From: Patescibacteria group bacterium
GTDB lineage: Bacteria; Patescibacteriota; Minisyncoccia; Phycocordibacterales; JBBTRF01
Length of the DNA: 64,000 bases
Reading direction: 5' to 3'
NCBI GenBank assembly: GCA_038065315.1
Contig: JBBTRF010000001.1
Location: 300,776-364,775 of the forward strand
The translations under genes and the position numbers were made by a program. Within the stretch, counting starts at the first letter, position 1, and each line of letters begins with the position of its first letter. The notes under the pieces were generated by a model that was given only the letters and a program-made list of their open reading frames with translations, searched no databases and was not told the origin of the DNA. This document shows positions 28,158 through 37,080 of the stretch, in pieces.

Positions 28158-28287
28158 AGGCACCGATAGAGAAACTGCTAAGAAAAGCTAAAGTTTTACC
28201 TAAGAAGTAGTAGGGAAAACTTTAGCTTTTATGCACAGCTTCAAAACCCAAATGGTGACATTGTGTCACCATTTGTAAATCAGTACT

Positions 28288-28602
28288 TCAAAATGACTCG
28301 AGCGGGTAAACATCGAGAGCCACCTCTTCATATGGGTGTACCTTCTTTATCGCATCAATCACCCCTTCGACATTTTCCTTATCACAGACAAACTCGATTC
28401 TCTCTTCATCAACTTCTTCAAAAGCACCGATTTCGCCGATGGTTGGATTTGCTCCGTCTAGAGGAAAAAAGCGGCCTTTCCCTTTTAAGGAAAAAGAACA
28501 GTGGCTATAATTGCCAATTTTTCCTGCCCCGGCATCACCAACCACTTTCCTGAGAATATCAGCATGGCTCTCCGGAACAAATACAACAATCTTTACTTTC
28601 AT
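28288..28602 (-). CDS. small PII-like/CutA-like fold protein (possibly Nif3-insert/COG3323-like)
   Basis: 104 aa (KIVVFVPESHADILRKVVGDAGAGKIGNYSHCSF...HPYEEVALDVYPL). Its start overlaps the pth stop (TAATG). Confidence 0.35.
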   Translation of the reverse strand: MKVKIVVFVPESHADILRKVVGDAGAGKIGNYSHCSFSLKGKGRFFPLDGANPTIGEIGAFEEVDEERIEFVCDKENVEGVIDAIKKVHPYEEVALDVYPLESF

Positions 28603-29234
28603 TAAATTTGCAGCGAATTAAAGCTCCCCATCGCAACATCTCGCCCGGACAGGATGACGCAATCGAGCGCTTCGACTGCGGTCTTGATTACCTTCTTGAG
28701 CGTCTCGGCTTCGGGCTTTTTGAAATCGGCGACTATGAAATCGTTGATGAGGTCCTCACTTTCAGGCTTCTTGAGCTTGCCACCAGCAGTCGCAGGTGTG
28801 ATGCCAATGCGCAATCGGATGAATTCTTGAGTCTTCACGCCCTTAATGACGGACTCCACACCGCGATGTCCACCAGAGCTCTTGTTGAATGATACTTTCA
28901 AGCGGCCGAGCGGTAGATCGAGGTCGTCGTGGATGACCACGAGCTGCTCGGCCGCCTTCTTGCTCTTCACCGCCTTCGCCACCGACTCACCCGACTTGTT
29001 CATGAAGGTCTCCGGCTCGAGCACGACTACCTTTTCTTTCTTCATCTTTCCAGTGAGTGCATGTGCACCCTCAATCTTCCCCTCGGTCGCGAGAGCCTTG
29101 AGCATTTTATCAGCCTCAAGCTCAGGCAATCCGTGTTTTTTCACAAAAGCGTCGACGACCATGCGGCCGACATTGTGCCGCGTGTTCAGGTATTCGTCTC
29201 CGGGGTTGCCGAGGCCTGCGATAATGTATGTCAT
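28602..29234 (-). CDS. pth: peptidyl-tRNA hydrolase
   Basis: Starts MTYIIAGLGNPGDEYLNTRHNVG, the classic Pth N-terminus. TGCTACACTTTTTCCAAC lies immediately upstream. Confidence 0.9.
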   Translation of the reverse strand: MTYIIAGLGNPGDEYLNTRHNVGRMVVDAFVKKHGLPELEADKMLKALATEGKIEGAHALTGKMKKEKVVVLEPETFMNKSGESVAKAVKSKKAAEQLVVIHDDLDLPLGRLKVSFNKSSGGHRGVESVIKGVKTQEFIRLRIGITPATAGGKLKKPESEDLINDFIVADFKKPEAETLKKVIKTAVEALDCVILSGRDVAMGSFNSLQI

Positions 29235-29378
29235 GTTGGAAAAAGTGTAGCACGCGAGCAGCAGCGATGCAAAAAACATGCGCAAGCTGAAAAAATGTGT
29301 TCGTGTGACAAAAAATAATGGTGCGACACATGTCTTGCTCTTGCGTCAACTCACTCGGTCGCGCTAAAATTGCTTGCA

Positions 29379-29972
29379 ATGACCACTCTCGATACACAAG
29401 GTACAGAAACATCAACATTGAAACGATCGTTTTCTGAATTGTGGAAGTTTATCTTGATCACTCTCCTCATCGTCCTCCCTATCCGCCTCTTCGTTGCCAA
29501 ACCATTCATCGTAAATGGCCCGTCGATGGATCCAACTTTCGAGACCGGCCAATATCTGATTGTCGACGAACTCTCATATCACTTCCGCACACCACAACGC
29601 GGCGAAGTAGCAGTCTTTCAATACCCATACACGGCACCGACCGAGGCAAAACGCTTCTATATCAAACGTGTCATCGGCCTGCCGGGTGAAACTGTCGAAA
29701 TTCAATACGGCAAAGTCTCGATTCGCAATAGTTCGAGTGCCGAACCAATCATATTGGAAGAGTCGTACGTGGCAAACCATTCACTCGATAGCATGAAAAA
29801 GGTGCTCGGCGAGGATGAATATTTTGTCCTCGGCGACAACCGCCCTGCAAGCTCGGATTCGCGCTCATGGGGCGTGCTTGAAGAAAAATACATCGTCGGT
29901 CGACCTTTCGTCCGCCTGTTGCCACCGACCAAGATCAATTTCCTACCGGGCGTCGCGCATTTTACCAATTAA
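29379..29972 (+). CDS. lepB: signal peptidase I
   Basis: Carries the GPSMDPTF catalytic Ser box, a KR box (YIKRVIGLPGE) and the GDNRPASSDSR box. The track ORF begins at TTG 29370; the first ATG is at 29379. Confidence 0.85.
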   Translation: MTTLDTQGTETSTLKRSFSELWKFILITLLIVLPIRLFVAKPFIVNGPSMDPTFETGQYLIVDELSYHFRTPQRGEVAVFQYPYTAPTEAKRFYIKRVIGLPGETVEIQYGKVSIRNSSSAEPIILEESYVANHSLDSMKKVLGEDEYFVLGDNRPASSDSRSWGVLEEKYIVGRPFVRLLPPTKINFLPGVAHFTN

Positions 29973-29984
29973 CTTCTGAACACC

Positions 29985-31229
29985 ATGTCTCACGCTTCCA
30001 ACAAATTCGCCAAGGTTGAGCCGATCATCAACAAGCCGCCCGTGGTGGCAAAGGTGCTCGCGACCGGCAAGTCCGCGGAGATCGCCTCGTACTACGGCTT
30101 CGAGCTGATCAACCCACCGCGCCTCGAAAAAGTGGACATGGACAACGCTCGGAAGTTTCTTGGTATTACGTATTCGAAAAAAGACCAGCCTCTCATCAAA
30201 AAGCCACTCCTCATCCACCCAGAAGACAAAGTGGCCATCCTCCGCATGTACCACGAACAGGAAATGTTCACCTGGAGCCAGCCGGTAATGCTGTATTACG
30301 AAGGCCTCGTCCAACACGAAGGTTCGCGCAAGGCAAAGTGGCCAGGCGTAAAGACCTTTCACCTCGACGTACTCGGTACCACCAAAAGCATCGCGGAAGC
30401 GACCCTTATCAAGGGCGTTGTCGAGACATTGCGTGAGGAAGGATTTGGCGAACTGATGGTGCATGTCAACAGCATTGGCGACCGCGACTCCATGAACCGC
30501 TTCTGCCGCGAGCTCTCCAACCACTACCGCAAACATATCAGCGTACTCTCAAACCACTGCCGCCAGGCGATGAAGACGGACATCTTCAAAGTATACGAAT
30601 GTGACGACGAAAAGTGCCGCCCTGTCCACGAGAGCGCACCGAACCCGATTAATTTCCTCTCCGAATTGTCCCGCCAACACTTCCGTGAAGTGCTCGAATA
30701 TCTCGAGAGCCTTGGTATTGCATACAAGATTCACAACGGCCTGATCTGCGACCGCAACATGTGGACGCAGACCGCCTTCGAAATCCGCGAAGTGGAGACC
30801 AACACCTTGCTCGCCACCGGCATGCGCTACAACGGTATTTCCAAGAAGCTCGGCTATCGCAAAGAGATCGGTGCGGTCGGCGTGACCGTCTCATACAAAA
30901 AGCCTCGAGAAGAGGCACTGTTCAACCGCAACCGTCACAACAAAAACCCGAAAGTGTACTTCGTCCAGCTCGGCTTCGAAGCGAAGCTGAAGAGTCTCGA
31001 AGTCATCGAAATGCTCCGCAAGGCCAAAGTGCCGCTCGCCCAATCTATCGGCAAAGACAAGATTTCCGGCCAAATCCAGAGTGCTGAGAACAGCAAAATC
31101 CCTTACACCATCATCATGGGCCAAAAAGAAGCTCGCGAAAGCTCCGTGATCGTCCGCGAAATGAGCACCCGCCACCAGGAGACCATCCCTTTGGCCAAAC
31201 TGCAGGAATATTTGAAGAAAATTCGCTAG
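29985..31229 (+). CDS. histidyl-tRNA synthetase-like protein (divergent class IIa aaRS)
   Basis: Collinear with HisRS: ...HVNSIGD, LESLGIAYKIHNG, ATGMRYNGISKKLG (GGRYDGL-like). The C-terminal anticodon-binding-like domain is IPYTIIMGQKEARESSVIVREM. Motif 2 residues look substituted. Confidence 0.5.
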   Translation: MSHASNKFAKVEPIINKPPVVAKVLATGKSAEIASYYGFELINPPRLEKVDMDNARKFLGITYSKKDQPLIKKPLLIHPEDKVAILRMYHEQEMFTWSQPVMLYYEGLVQHEGSRKAKWPGVKTFHLDVLGTTKSIAEATLIKGVVETLREEGFGELMVHVNSIGDRDSMNRFCRELSNHYRKHISVLSNHCRQAMKTDIFKVYECDDEKCRPVHESAPNPINFLSELSRQHFREVLEYLESLGIAYKIHNGLICDRNMWTQTAFEIREVETNTLLATGMRYNGISKKLGYRKEIGAVGVTVSYKKPREEALFNRNRHNKNPKVYFVQLGFEAKLKSLEVIEMLRKAKVPLAQSIGKDKISGQIQSAENSKIPYTIIMGQKEARESSVIVREMSTRHQETIPLAKLQEYLKKIR

Positions 31230-31249
31230 TGTGTTAGGATACTGAAACT

Positions 31250-31507
31250 ATGATAAATGTCCAAGTAGAGAAGGGTGCCAACGAGAATAGTCTCAGTATC
31301 TTGCGACGCTTTACCAAGCGTGTACAGGGTTCTGGAGTGTTGAGCCGTGTTCGATCGATTCGATATGCTGGCCGCAACCAGTCTCCATTGAGCGTGAAGA
31401 AGCATGCGATGAACAAACTCGAAAAGCGAGATGAAGTTGAGCTCGCCATGAAGCTCGGCAAGTTCAAGCAGCCAGAGCGACGCGGCGCCAAGCCAGCAGG
31501 CCGATAA
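31250..31507 (+). CDS. rpsU: 30S ribosomal protein S21-like
   Basis: 85 aa and basic. The SLSILRRFTKRVQGSGVLSRVR pattern resembles S21. TTAGGATACT lies 8 nt upstream. Confidence 0.5.
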   Translation: MINVQVEKGANENSLSILRRFTKRVQGSGVLSRVRSIRYAGRNQSPLSVKKHAMNKLEKRDEVELAMKLGKFKQPERRGAKPAGR

Positions 31508-31544
31508 TCCACCCCTATCCGCCCCTTGGCGGACCCACTCACCC

Positions 31545-31988
31545 GTGAGCGAGACATTTTCACTCATCAATTCCACAAAGGCTACTCTTCCCGAGTGGCC
31601 TTTTGTGCAAATGAAGAACGCCATCCTCGGCGAGCAGTATGAATTGAGCGTGGCGATCGTAAGCGAGAAAAAAATTCAGGAGCTCAACCTCATACACCGC
31701 GAAAAGAATAGTCCGACCGATATTTTGTCCTTTCCACTCGACGAACAAAACGGCGAGATCTATCTCAATCTCGATTGCACAAAAAAGAAGGCTCGCGAAT
31801 TCGGCCAAACCTACGAAAATTACACCGGTTACCTATTTATCCACGGTTTGCTCCATTTGAACGGATTCGATCATGGGAGTACAATGGAGAGCGAAGAAGC
31901 CAAGTACTGCAAGGCATTTGGCATCTCCCACCCATGGCTCGCAACATCAAAGTCGGCATCGATATCGGCACCTACCAAGTCAAAGTAG
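31545..31988 (+). CDS. ybeY: rRNA maturation RNase YbeY
   Basis: Zinc motif HGLLHLNGFDH, also TDILSFPLDE. The track start is GTG; an internal ATG at 31612 (MKNAILGE) is an alternative start. Confidence 0.8.
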   Translation: MSETFSLINSTKATLPEWPFVQMKNAILGEQYELSVAIVSEKKIQELNLIHREKNSPTDILSFPLDEQNGEIYLNLDCTKKKAREFGQTYENYTGYLFIHGLLHLNGFDHGSTMESEEAKYCKAFGISHPWLATSKSASISAPTKSK

Positions 31989-33106
31989 CTGTCTCTGAAT
32001 CTGTCCTTGAAAAAGACCGGAATGTTCCGCGCATCCTGGGCGTCGGTTTTGCCGAGTCGAAGGGCATGCGTCACGGCCATATCATCAATGCCGCCGAGGT
32101 CACCCGTAGCATTCGCCTCGCGGTACAACAAGCAGAAAAGTCCGCCGGCGGTTTCAAGATCCGCAAAGCATACGTGAGTATCGGCGGTATGGGTCTCAAC
32201 AGCGTGTACGCCAAAGGCACGACGATCATCTCACGTGCCGACTCCGAGATCACCGAGCTCGATGTGAAGAAGGTGATTCAGACCAGCGAGAGCGCGTTGC
32301 CAAAAAATTTCATGGCCAATCGGCATATTATTCATGTCATCCCGACCGAATACAAAGTGGATGGCGAAGTAGTGATGGGGCGACCAGTCGGCTTCAAGGG
32401 CAACCGCCTCGAAGTGACCACGATGTTCGTGACCGCACTCGAACGCCATTTCCAAGACACCATCGCTGCTGTAAACGAAGCGGAAATCCAGATCGAAGAT
32501 ATTGTCGCCGCACCCATCGCTGCCAGCCTCGTGACACTGAACCGCATCCAGAAGACCGCCGGCTGTGTACTCGCCAACATCGGCGCCGAGACCGTGTCCC
32601 TGATCGTCTATGAGAACAATATCCCAACCTCTATCGAAGTCTTCCCTATTGGCTCCACCGATATCACCAACGACATTGCGCTTGGTTTGAAAATACCGCT
32701 TGAAGAAGCAGAAGATATCAAGCTCGGCAACACGCAAAACCTGCCGCACTCGAAGAAGAAGCTCGACGAGATCGTCGAAGCGCGACTTTCAGATATTTTT
32801 GAACTTATCGAAGCGCATTTGAAAAAGATTGGGCGCAACGGCTTGCTTCCGGCCGGCATTATTATCTCCGGCGGCGGTTCCGGCCTCGACCGCCTCCAAG
32901 ATTTCGCTCGTGCCAGCCTGCGACTCCCTTCGAAAATTGCCTCCTTCAATTTCACCTCACATTTGCGCGTGCCGATCAAGGATGCTACCTGGGCCGTCGC
33001 GTACGGTCTTTGTATTTTGGGCTTCACCAATGGCGAGGACATCACCGAGCCTCACAGCCAAACCAAAAATCTCTTCAAAAACTGGCTCAAGCAGTTTTGG
33101 CCCTAA
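31934..33106 (+). CDS. ftsA: cell division protein FtsA
   Basis: Starts at MARNIKVGIDIGTYQVKVAV, the actin-fold phosphate 1. GGMGLNS and ISGGGSGL motifs are present. Overlaps the ybeY end by ~55 nt. Confidence 0.85.
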   Translation: MARNIKVGIDIGTYQVKVAVSESVLEKDRNVPRILGVGFAESKGMRHGHIINAAEVTRSIRLAVQQAEKSAGGFKIRKAYVSIGGMGLNSVYAKGTTIISRADSEITELDVKKVIQTSESALPKNFMANRHIIHVIPTEYKVDGEVVMGRPVGFKGNRLEVTTMFVTALERHFQDTIAAVNEAEIQIEDIVAAPIAASLVTLNRIQKTAGCVLANIGAETVSLIVYENNIPTSIEVFPIGSTDITNDIALGLKIPLEEAEDIKLGNTQNLPHSKKKLDEIVEARLSDIFELIEAHLKKIGRNGLLPAGIIISGGGSGLDRLQDFARASLRLPSKIASFNFTSHLRVPIKDATWAVAYGLCILGFTNGEDITEPHSQTKNLFKNWLKQFWP

Positions 33107-33201
33107 AAGCACAGACTATTTCCCTCTGGACGTCAAGGCTTTCCTTTTTCCAAGCCTTTCTGCTATCATAAGCGCATATTCCCTTTAGCTAACGCTTATT
33201 T

Positions 33202-34419
33202 ATGGCCCAAATTAATCCAGAAGTAGAGGCTTTCGCACGGATCAAAGTGATTGGTGTCGGAGGTTCCGGCAAAAACGCAGTGAACCACATGGTCAATTCC
33301 AAGGTGCGCGGGGTTGAATTTATCGCGGTAAACACCGATGCTCAGGACCTCCAGAACTCTCTCGCGAAGAAGAAGATTCATATCGGCAAGAACCTCACTC
33401 GCGGCCTCGGCACTGGCATGAACCCAGAGCTCGGCAAGCGTGCGGCGGAAGAAACCAAAGAAGAGATCCAGGAGGCACTCAAGGGTTCAGACATGGTCTT
33501 CATCGCTTGTGGCAAGGGAGGCGGTACCGGTACCGGGGCAGCGCCAGTGGTGGCGAAGATTGCCAAGGAAATGGGCATCCTTACTATCGGCGTGGTCACC
33601 AAGCCGTTCTTCTTCGAAGGACAGCAGCGTATGAAGCACGCGGAGCAGGGTCTCGATGAGCTCAAAAAGTCTGTCGACGCACTTGTTGTTATCCCAAATG
33701 ATCGAATCTTGAGCATTGCAAGCAAGGACACCACGGCGCGACAGGCGTTTGCAATGTCCGATGAGATTTTGAAGCAGGCGGTGGAAGGTATTTCAGATTT
33801 GATTACTACTCCAGGTATCATCAACGTCGACTTTGCCGATGTTCGAGCTATCCTCGACAATGCCGGTTCAGCCCTCATGGGTATCGGTACCGCGAGCGGC
33901 GAGAAGCGTGCAGAGGAAGCAGCAAAAATGGCAATCAACTCCCCTCTTCTCGATCTTTCGATTCACGGCGCGAAGGGCGTACTCTTCTCTATCGCCGGCG
34001 GCGACGACCTCACGATGTTCGAGATTCAGGATGCGGCGAAGATCATCACCGAATCTATCGATCCAAATGCGAAGGTTATCTTCGGTACTGTGCGAGACGA
34101 AAAGCTCAAGAAGAACGAGATCAAGATCACTGTTATTGCATCCGGTTTCCCAGAACCAGGCGGCACTCCAAAGAAGAGCTTGTTTGGCGATGAATCAAAG
34201 GGCAAGATTTTCAATACCATGAGCAGCACCCCGGCTGTTAGCAAGCCAAAGGAGAAGGAGGCAGAAGTGCGTGATGTTGCCAGTGTGGTGAAAGAAGCGA
34301 TCAGCAACAGCAAAGCTCCTGAAGACAAGAAGCCAATGGTGGGCGCGACCAGTATTGCTGATGATGGGGATGATGATTGGGGCGCGGTGCCGGCGTTTTT
34401 GAGACGATCGAAGAAGTAA
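33202..34419 (+). CDS. ftsZ: cell division protein FtsZ
   Basis: GGGTGTG tubulin signature, VIGVGGSGKNAV, NTDAQDL. Confidence 0.95.
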   Translation: MAQINPEVEAFARIKVIGVGGSGKNAVNHMVNSKVRGVEFIAVNTDAQDLQNSLAKKKIHIGKNLTRGLGTGMNPELGKRAAEETKEEIQEALKGSDMVFIACGKGGGTGTGAAPVVAKIAKEMGILTIGVVTKPFFFEGQQRMKHAEQGLDELKKSVDALVVIPNDRILSIASKDTTARQAFAMSDEILKQAVEGISDLITTPGIINVDFADVRAILDNAGSALMGIGTASGEKRAEEAAKMAINSPLLDLSIHGAKGVLFSIAGGDDLTMFEIQDAAKIITESIDPNAKVIFGTVRDEKLKKNEIKITVIASGFPEPGGTPKKSLFGDESKGKIFNTMSSTPAVSKPKEKEAEVRDVASVVKEAISNSKAPEDKKPMVGATSIADDGDDDWGAVPAFLRRSKK

Positions 34420-34422
34420 AGT

Positions 34423-34537
34423 AGGAGACAGGAGAAAAGGCATTTAAAGGGACACGCGTAAAAGTCTACTGACTTTTCGCTCCGGCTCGGCCCGTCGGCC
34501 TCCGCAGTTCCCTTTAAATGCCTTTTCTCCTGTCTCT
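34423..34537. repeat. 29-bp perfect inverted repeat flanking a 56-nt spacer
   Basis: Arms: AGGAGACAGGAGAAAAGGCATTTAAAGGGA ... TCCCTTTAAATGCCTTTTCTCCTGTCTC. The spacer contains a nested hairpin (AAAAGTC-tact-GACTTTT). It starts 4 nt after the ftsZ stop. Confidence 0.7.
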
Positions 34538-34599
34538 TACATAGTTCGATTGTCTCAAAAATACCTTTTGATTTTTCTTTGTAGTATAATGTTCCAACT

Positions 34600-35526
34600 A
34601 TGATATACGACTTAGCGATTTTGGGCGGTGGACCGGCGGGAGTGGCGGCGGGAGTGTACGCGTCGCGCAAGCGTTTGAAGACAGTGTTCATCACCAAGGA
34701 TTTCTTGGGCCAGAGCTCGGTTTCGGAGGGTGTCGAAAATTGGATTGGCACCGTGAAGATCTCCGGCACCGATCTGTCGAAGAACCTAGAAGCGCATCTG
34801 CGAGCGTATGCGGGGAATATTGTGGATATCAAAGAAGGCGTTGGTGTGAAGAATGTTGCAAAGCACCCAGAAGGCTTCGCTGTCGCGACCGACGCAGGCG
34901 AATTTTTGACCAAGACCGTGCTCGTGACCACCGGCAGCCACCGACGCAAACTCGAGGGCGTGAAAGGTGCGGATGTCTTCGAACACAAAGGCCTCACCTA
35001 CTGCGCCACCTGCGACGGCCCGCTCTTTGCCGACCAGGACGTGGTGGTGATTGGCGGCGGCAATGCGGCATTTGAATCAGCAGCCCAGCTATTGGCCTAT
35101 TGCAAGAGTGTCACTCTGTTGAACCGCAGCGAGACTTTCCGTGCCGACCCGGTGACCGTGGACAAACTGCGCGCAAATCCAAAAATGAAAATCGTGACGG
35201 GTGCCGTACCCACCGAGGTGACCGGCGAGAAGTTTGTGTCAGGACTCATATACAAAGATGGGAAGACCGGGGTACTTGCGAATCTCACGGTGTCGGGCAT
35301 TTTTGTGGAGATCGGATCTCTGCCGACGACCTTTTTTGTGAAAGATGTGGCGAAGCTCAATGAATACGGAAATATTGTCGTGGATCCGCGCACCCAGCGT
35401 TCATCGACCGACGGCATTTGGGCAGCTGGCGACTGCACCGACGGCCTCTATCATCAAAACAACATTGCAGCCGGCGACGCCGTAAAGGCTCTGGAGGATA
35501 TCTACGGATACTTGCACGCGAAGTAA
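34600..35526 (+). CDS. trxB: thioredoxin reductase
   Basis: FAD motif GGGPAGVAAGVYA, redox CATC, NADPH motif VIGGGNAA. TAGTATAAT lies 9 nt upstream. Confidence 0.9.
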   Translation: MIYDLAILGGGPAGVAAGVYASRKRLKTVFITKDFLGQSSVSEGVENWIGTVKISGTDLSKNLEAHLRAYAGNIVDIKEGVGVKNVAKHPEGFAVATDAGEFLTKTVLVTTGSHRRKLEGVKGADVFEHKGLTYCATCDGPLFADQDVVVIGGGNAAFESAAQLLAYCKSVTLLNRSETFRADPVTVDKLRANPKMKIVTGAVPTEVTGEKFVSGLIYKDGKTGVLANLTVSGIFVEIGSLPTTFFVKDVAKLNEYGNIVVDPRTQRSSTDGIWAAGDCTDGLYHQNNIAAGDAVKALEDIYGYLHAK

Positions 35527-35738
35527 TTTGACAGGAATCACCCTTTCCTGTACATTCTTGGAGCTGGAGTGGGACACCTTCTAGGTTCAGACGCCTTACA
35601 AAGCTCGATTCAGGGGACTCCCCCGTCCTCCACCTCCCCGAGCGCACGAACGTCTGTTAATGTCCTGCTCCAGCGTGACGCCCTTCTGCCCCGTGCATAA
35701 GGGTGTTTTTATTGTCGCGACTGCACCGTCATTGGCGT

Positions 35739-36044
35739 CTATTTCCCAAATTTCTGTGCGCGAACCACCTCAAGCTCCGCAACCAACTCCGGATCTGTGA
35801 TACGAGTAAAACGCGAGAAGGTCTTCCCATCCTTCGTGACTGTACCCATGAACATCTCCAATGGTCGTGACTGATAGTTGGCCGGCGGCATCCACGCGCT
35901 CTCGTACAGAGGCCGATACAGCACCGTGAGCGTCCCCTCTTCAGTGTTGCGGCCAATACCGATCACTTCGTAGGTGTAGTTGTGAGGCGGCCCCTGTGGG
36001 TCGTGCTTGTAGTGGCGGTAGAAACCTTTGGTGGGCAAGTGCAT
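35739..36044 (-). CDS. DUF1653 family protein
   Basis: The GFYRHYKHD...YEVIGIGRNTEEGTLTVLYRPLY pattern matches DUF1653 (family assigned from memory). Confidence 0.6.
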   Translation of the reverse strand: MHLPTKGFYRHYKHDPQGPPHNYTYEVIGIGRNTEEGTLTVLYRPLYESAWMPPANYQSRPLEMFMGTVTKDGKTFSRFTRITDPELVAELEVVRAQKFGK

Positions 36045-36230
36045 GTGGTGAAGGGTATGAGTGAGCGTTAAGGATTATATCAAATTTTTTAAACATTAAG
36101 TTTTGAGTGTATCTCAGAGATATGAGAGAAAAGCACCACGCAAGGACAAAACCTTGTGCAGTGCTTCTCGCTAGAAATACTCTTATATAGTAACCAATCC
36201 TGTTTTAAAAGTCGACTGAATTGCTGAAGG

Positions 36231-36302
36231 TGACCCTACGGAGAGTCGAACTCCGGTTTAGTGCTTGAAAAGCACCTGTCCTAACCATTAGACGATAGGG
36301 CC
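36231..36302 (-). tRNA. tRNA-Glu (TTC)
   Basis: The reverse complement GGCCCTATCGTCTAATGGTTAGGACAGGTGCTTTTCAAGCAC...GGAGTTCGACTCTCCGTAGGGTCACC folds as a cloverleaf with anticodon TTC. Confidence 0.75.
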
Positions 36303-36437
36303 GCAAATTAGGCTTTTTTGCCAAAATTGCTCACCATTGAGCCGTCTCAATAGCGGGTTTTATCATAGCATTTTTTGAAAAATTGGCAAAAAGTGGTATC
36401 CTGAGAGACCGCAATAGACCGTCAGCATAACGCCTTT

Positions 36438-36529
<92 letters not shown>

Positions 36530-36532
36530 AGC

Positions 36533-37033
36533 ATGAAAATCCCGGAACTAAAAATAAATAGAGCAAAAGAATTAATTTATACAAGTAAGCATGTTTCACT
36601 TGCCACCACAAATGCCGACGGTTCACCTCACAATAGTCCTGTAAGATTTTTCTTTGATGACAAACTTGAAAATATATATTGGGGTTCAAATGCCGAAGCG
36701 TTACATTCTCAGAATATATTAAGAACAGGTCAGTTATTTGGGGTTCTATTTGATAGGATGGAAGTGGGTGGAGTCTTTATGAAATATGAAGGTGGTCACA
36801 TACTTGATGGAAAAGAATTGGAAATTGGACTGGAGATTACGAACGCTTCTAGGGCAAAGGAGGGAGAACAAAAAATTACTTCAGATCATTACTCAGCAGG
36901 AAGTGTTCAAAAAATGTGGTCAGCAAGAATTGCTAATTTGTGGATAAATATGCCAGTGAGAGATGAAAATGGTTTTATATTAAGAGACGAGAGGGTGGAA
37001 TTGGAAAGAAATATTTTACTAAAAAATATTTAA
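36533..37033 (+). CDS. pyridoxamine 5'-phosphate oxidase-like FMN-binding split-barrel protein
   Basis: SKHVSLATTNADGSPHNSPVRFFFDD...IYWGS pattern. Markedly AT-rich compared with its flanks. Starts 6 nt after the tRNA-Ser CCA. Confidence 0.6.
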   Translation: MKIPELKINRAKELIYTSKHVSLATTNADGSPHNSPVRFFFDDKLENIYWGSNAEALHSQNILRTGQLFGVLFDRMEVGGVFMKYEGGHILDGKELEIGLEITNASRAKEGEQKITSDHYSAGSVQKMWSARIANLWINMPVRDENGFILRDERVELERNILLKNI

Positions 37034-37080
37034 ATATAACCAAAAGAAGCTTTAACTTTTTCCAACAAACACCGCAAAGA

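Noticed and set aside
35527-35738. Calling the trxB-downstream region 6S RNA, SRP RNA or tmRNA
   Set aside because: I could find no SRP domain IV consensus, no tmRNA tRNA-like ends or tag frame, and no 6S-like bubble. It is kept only as a low-confidence candidate in findings.
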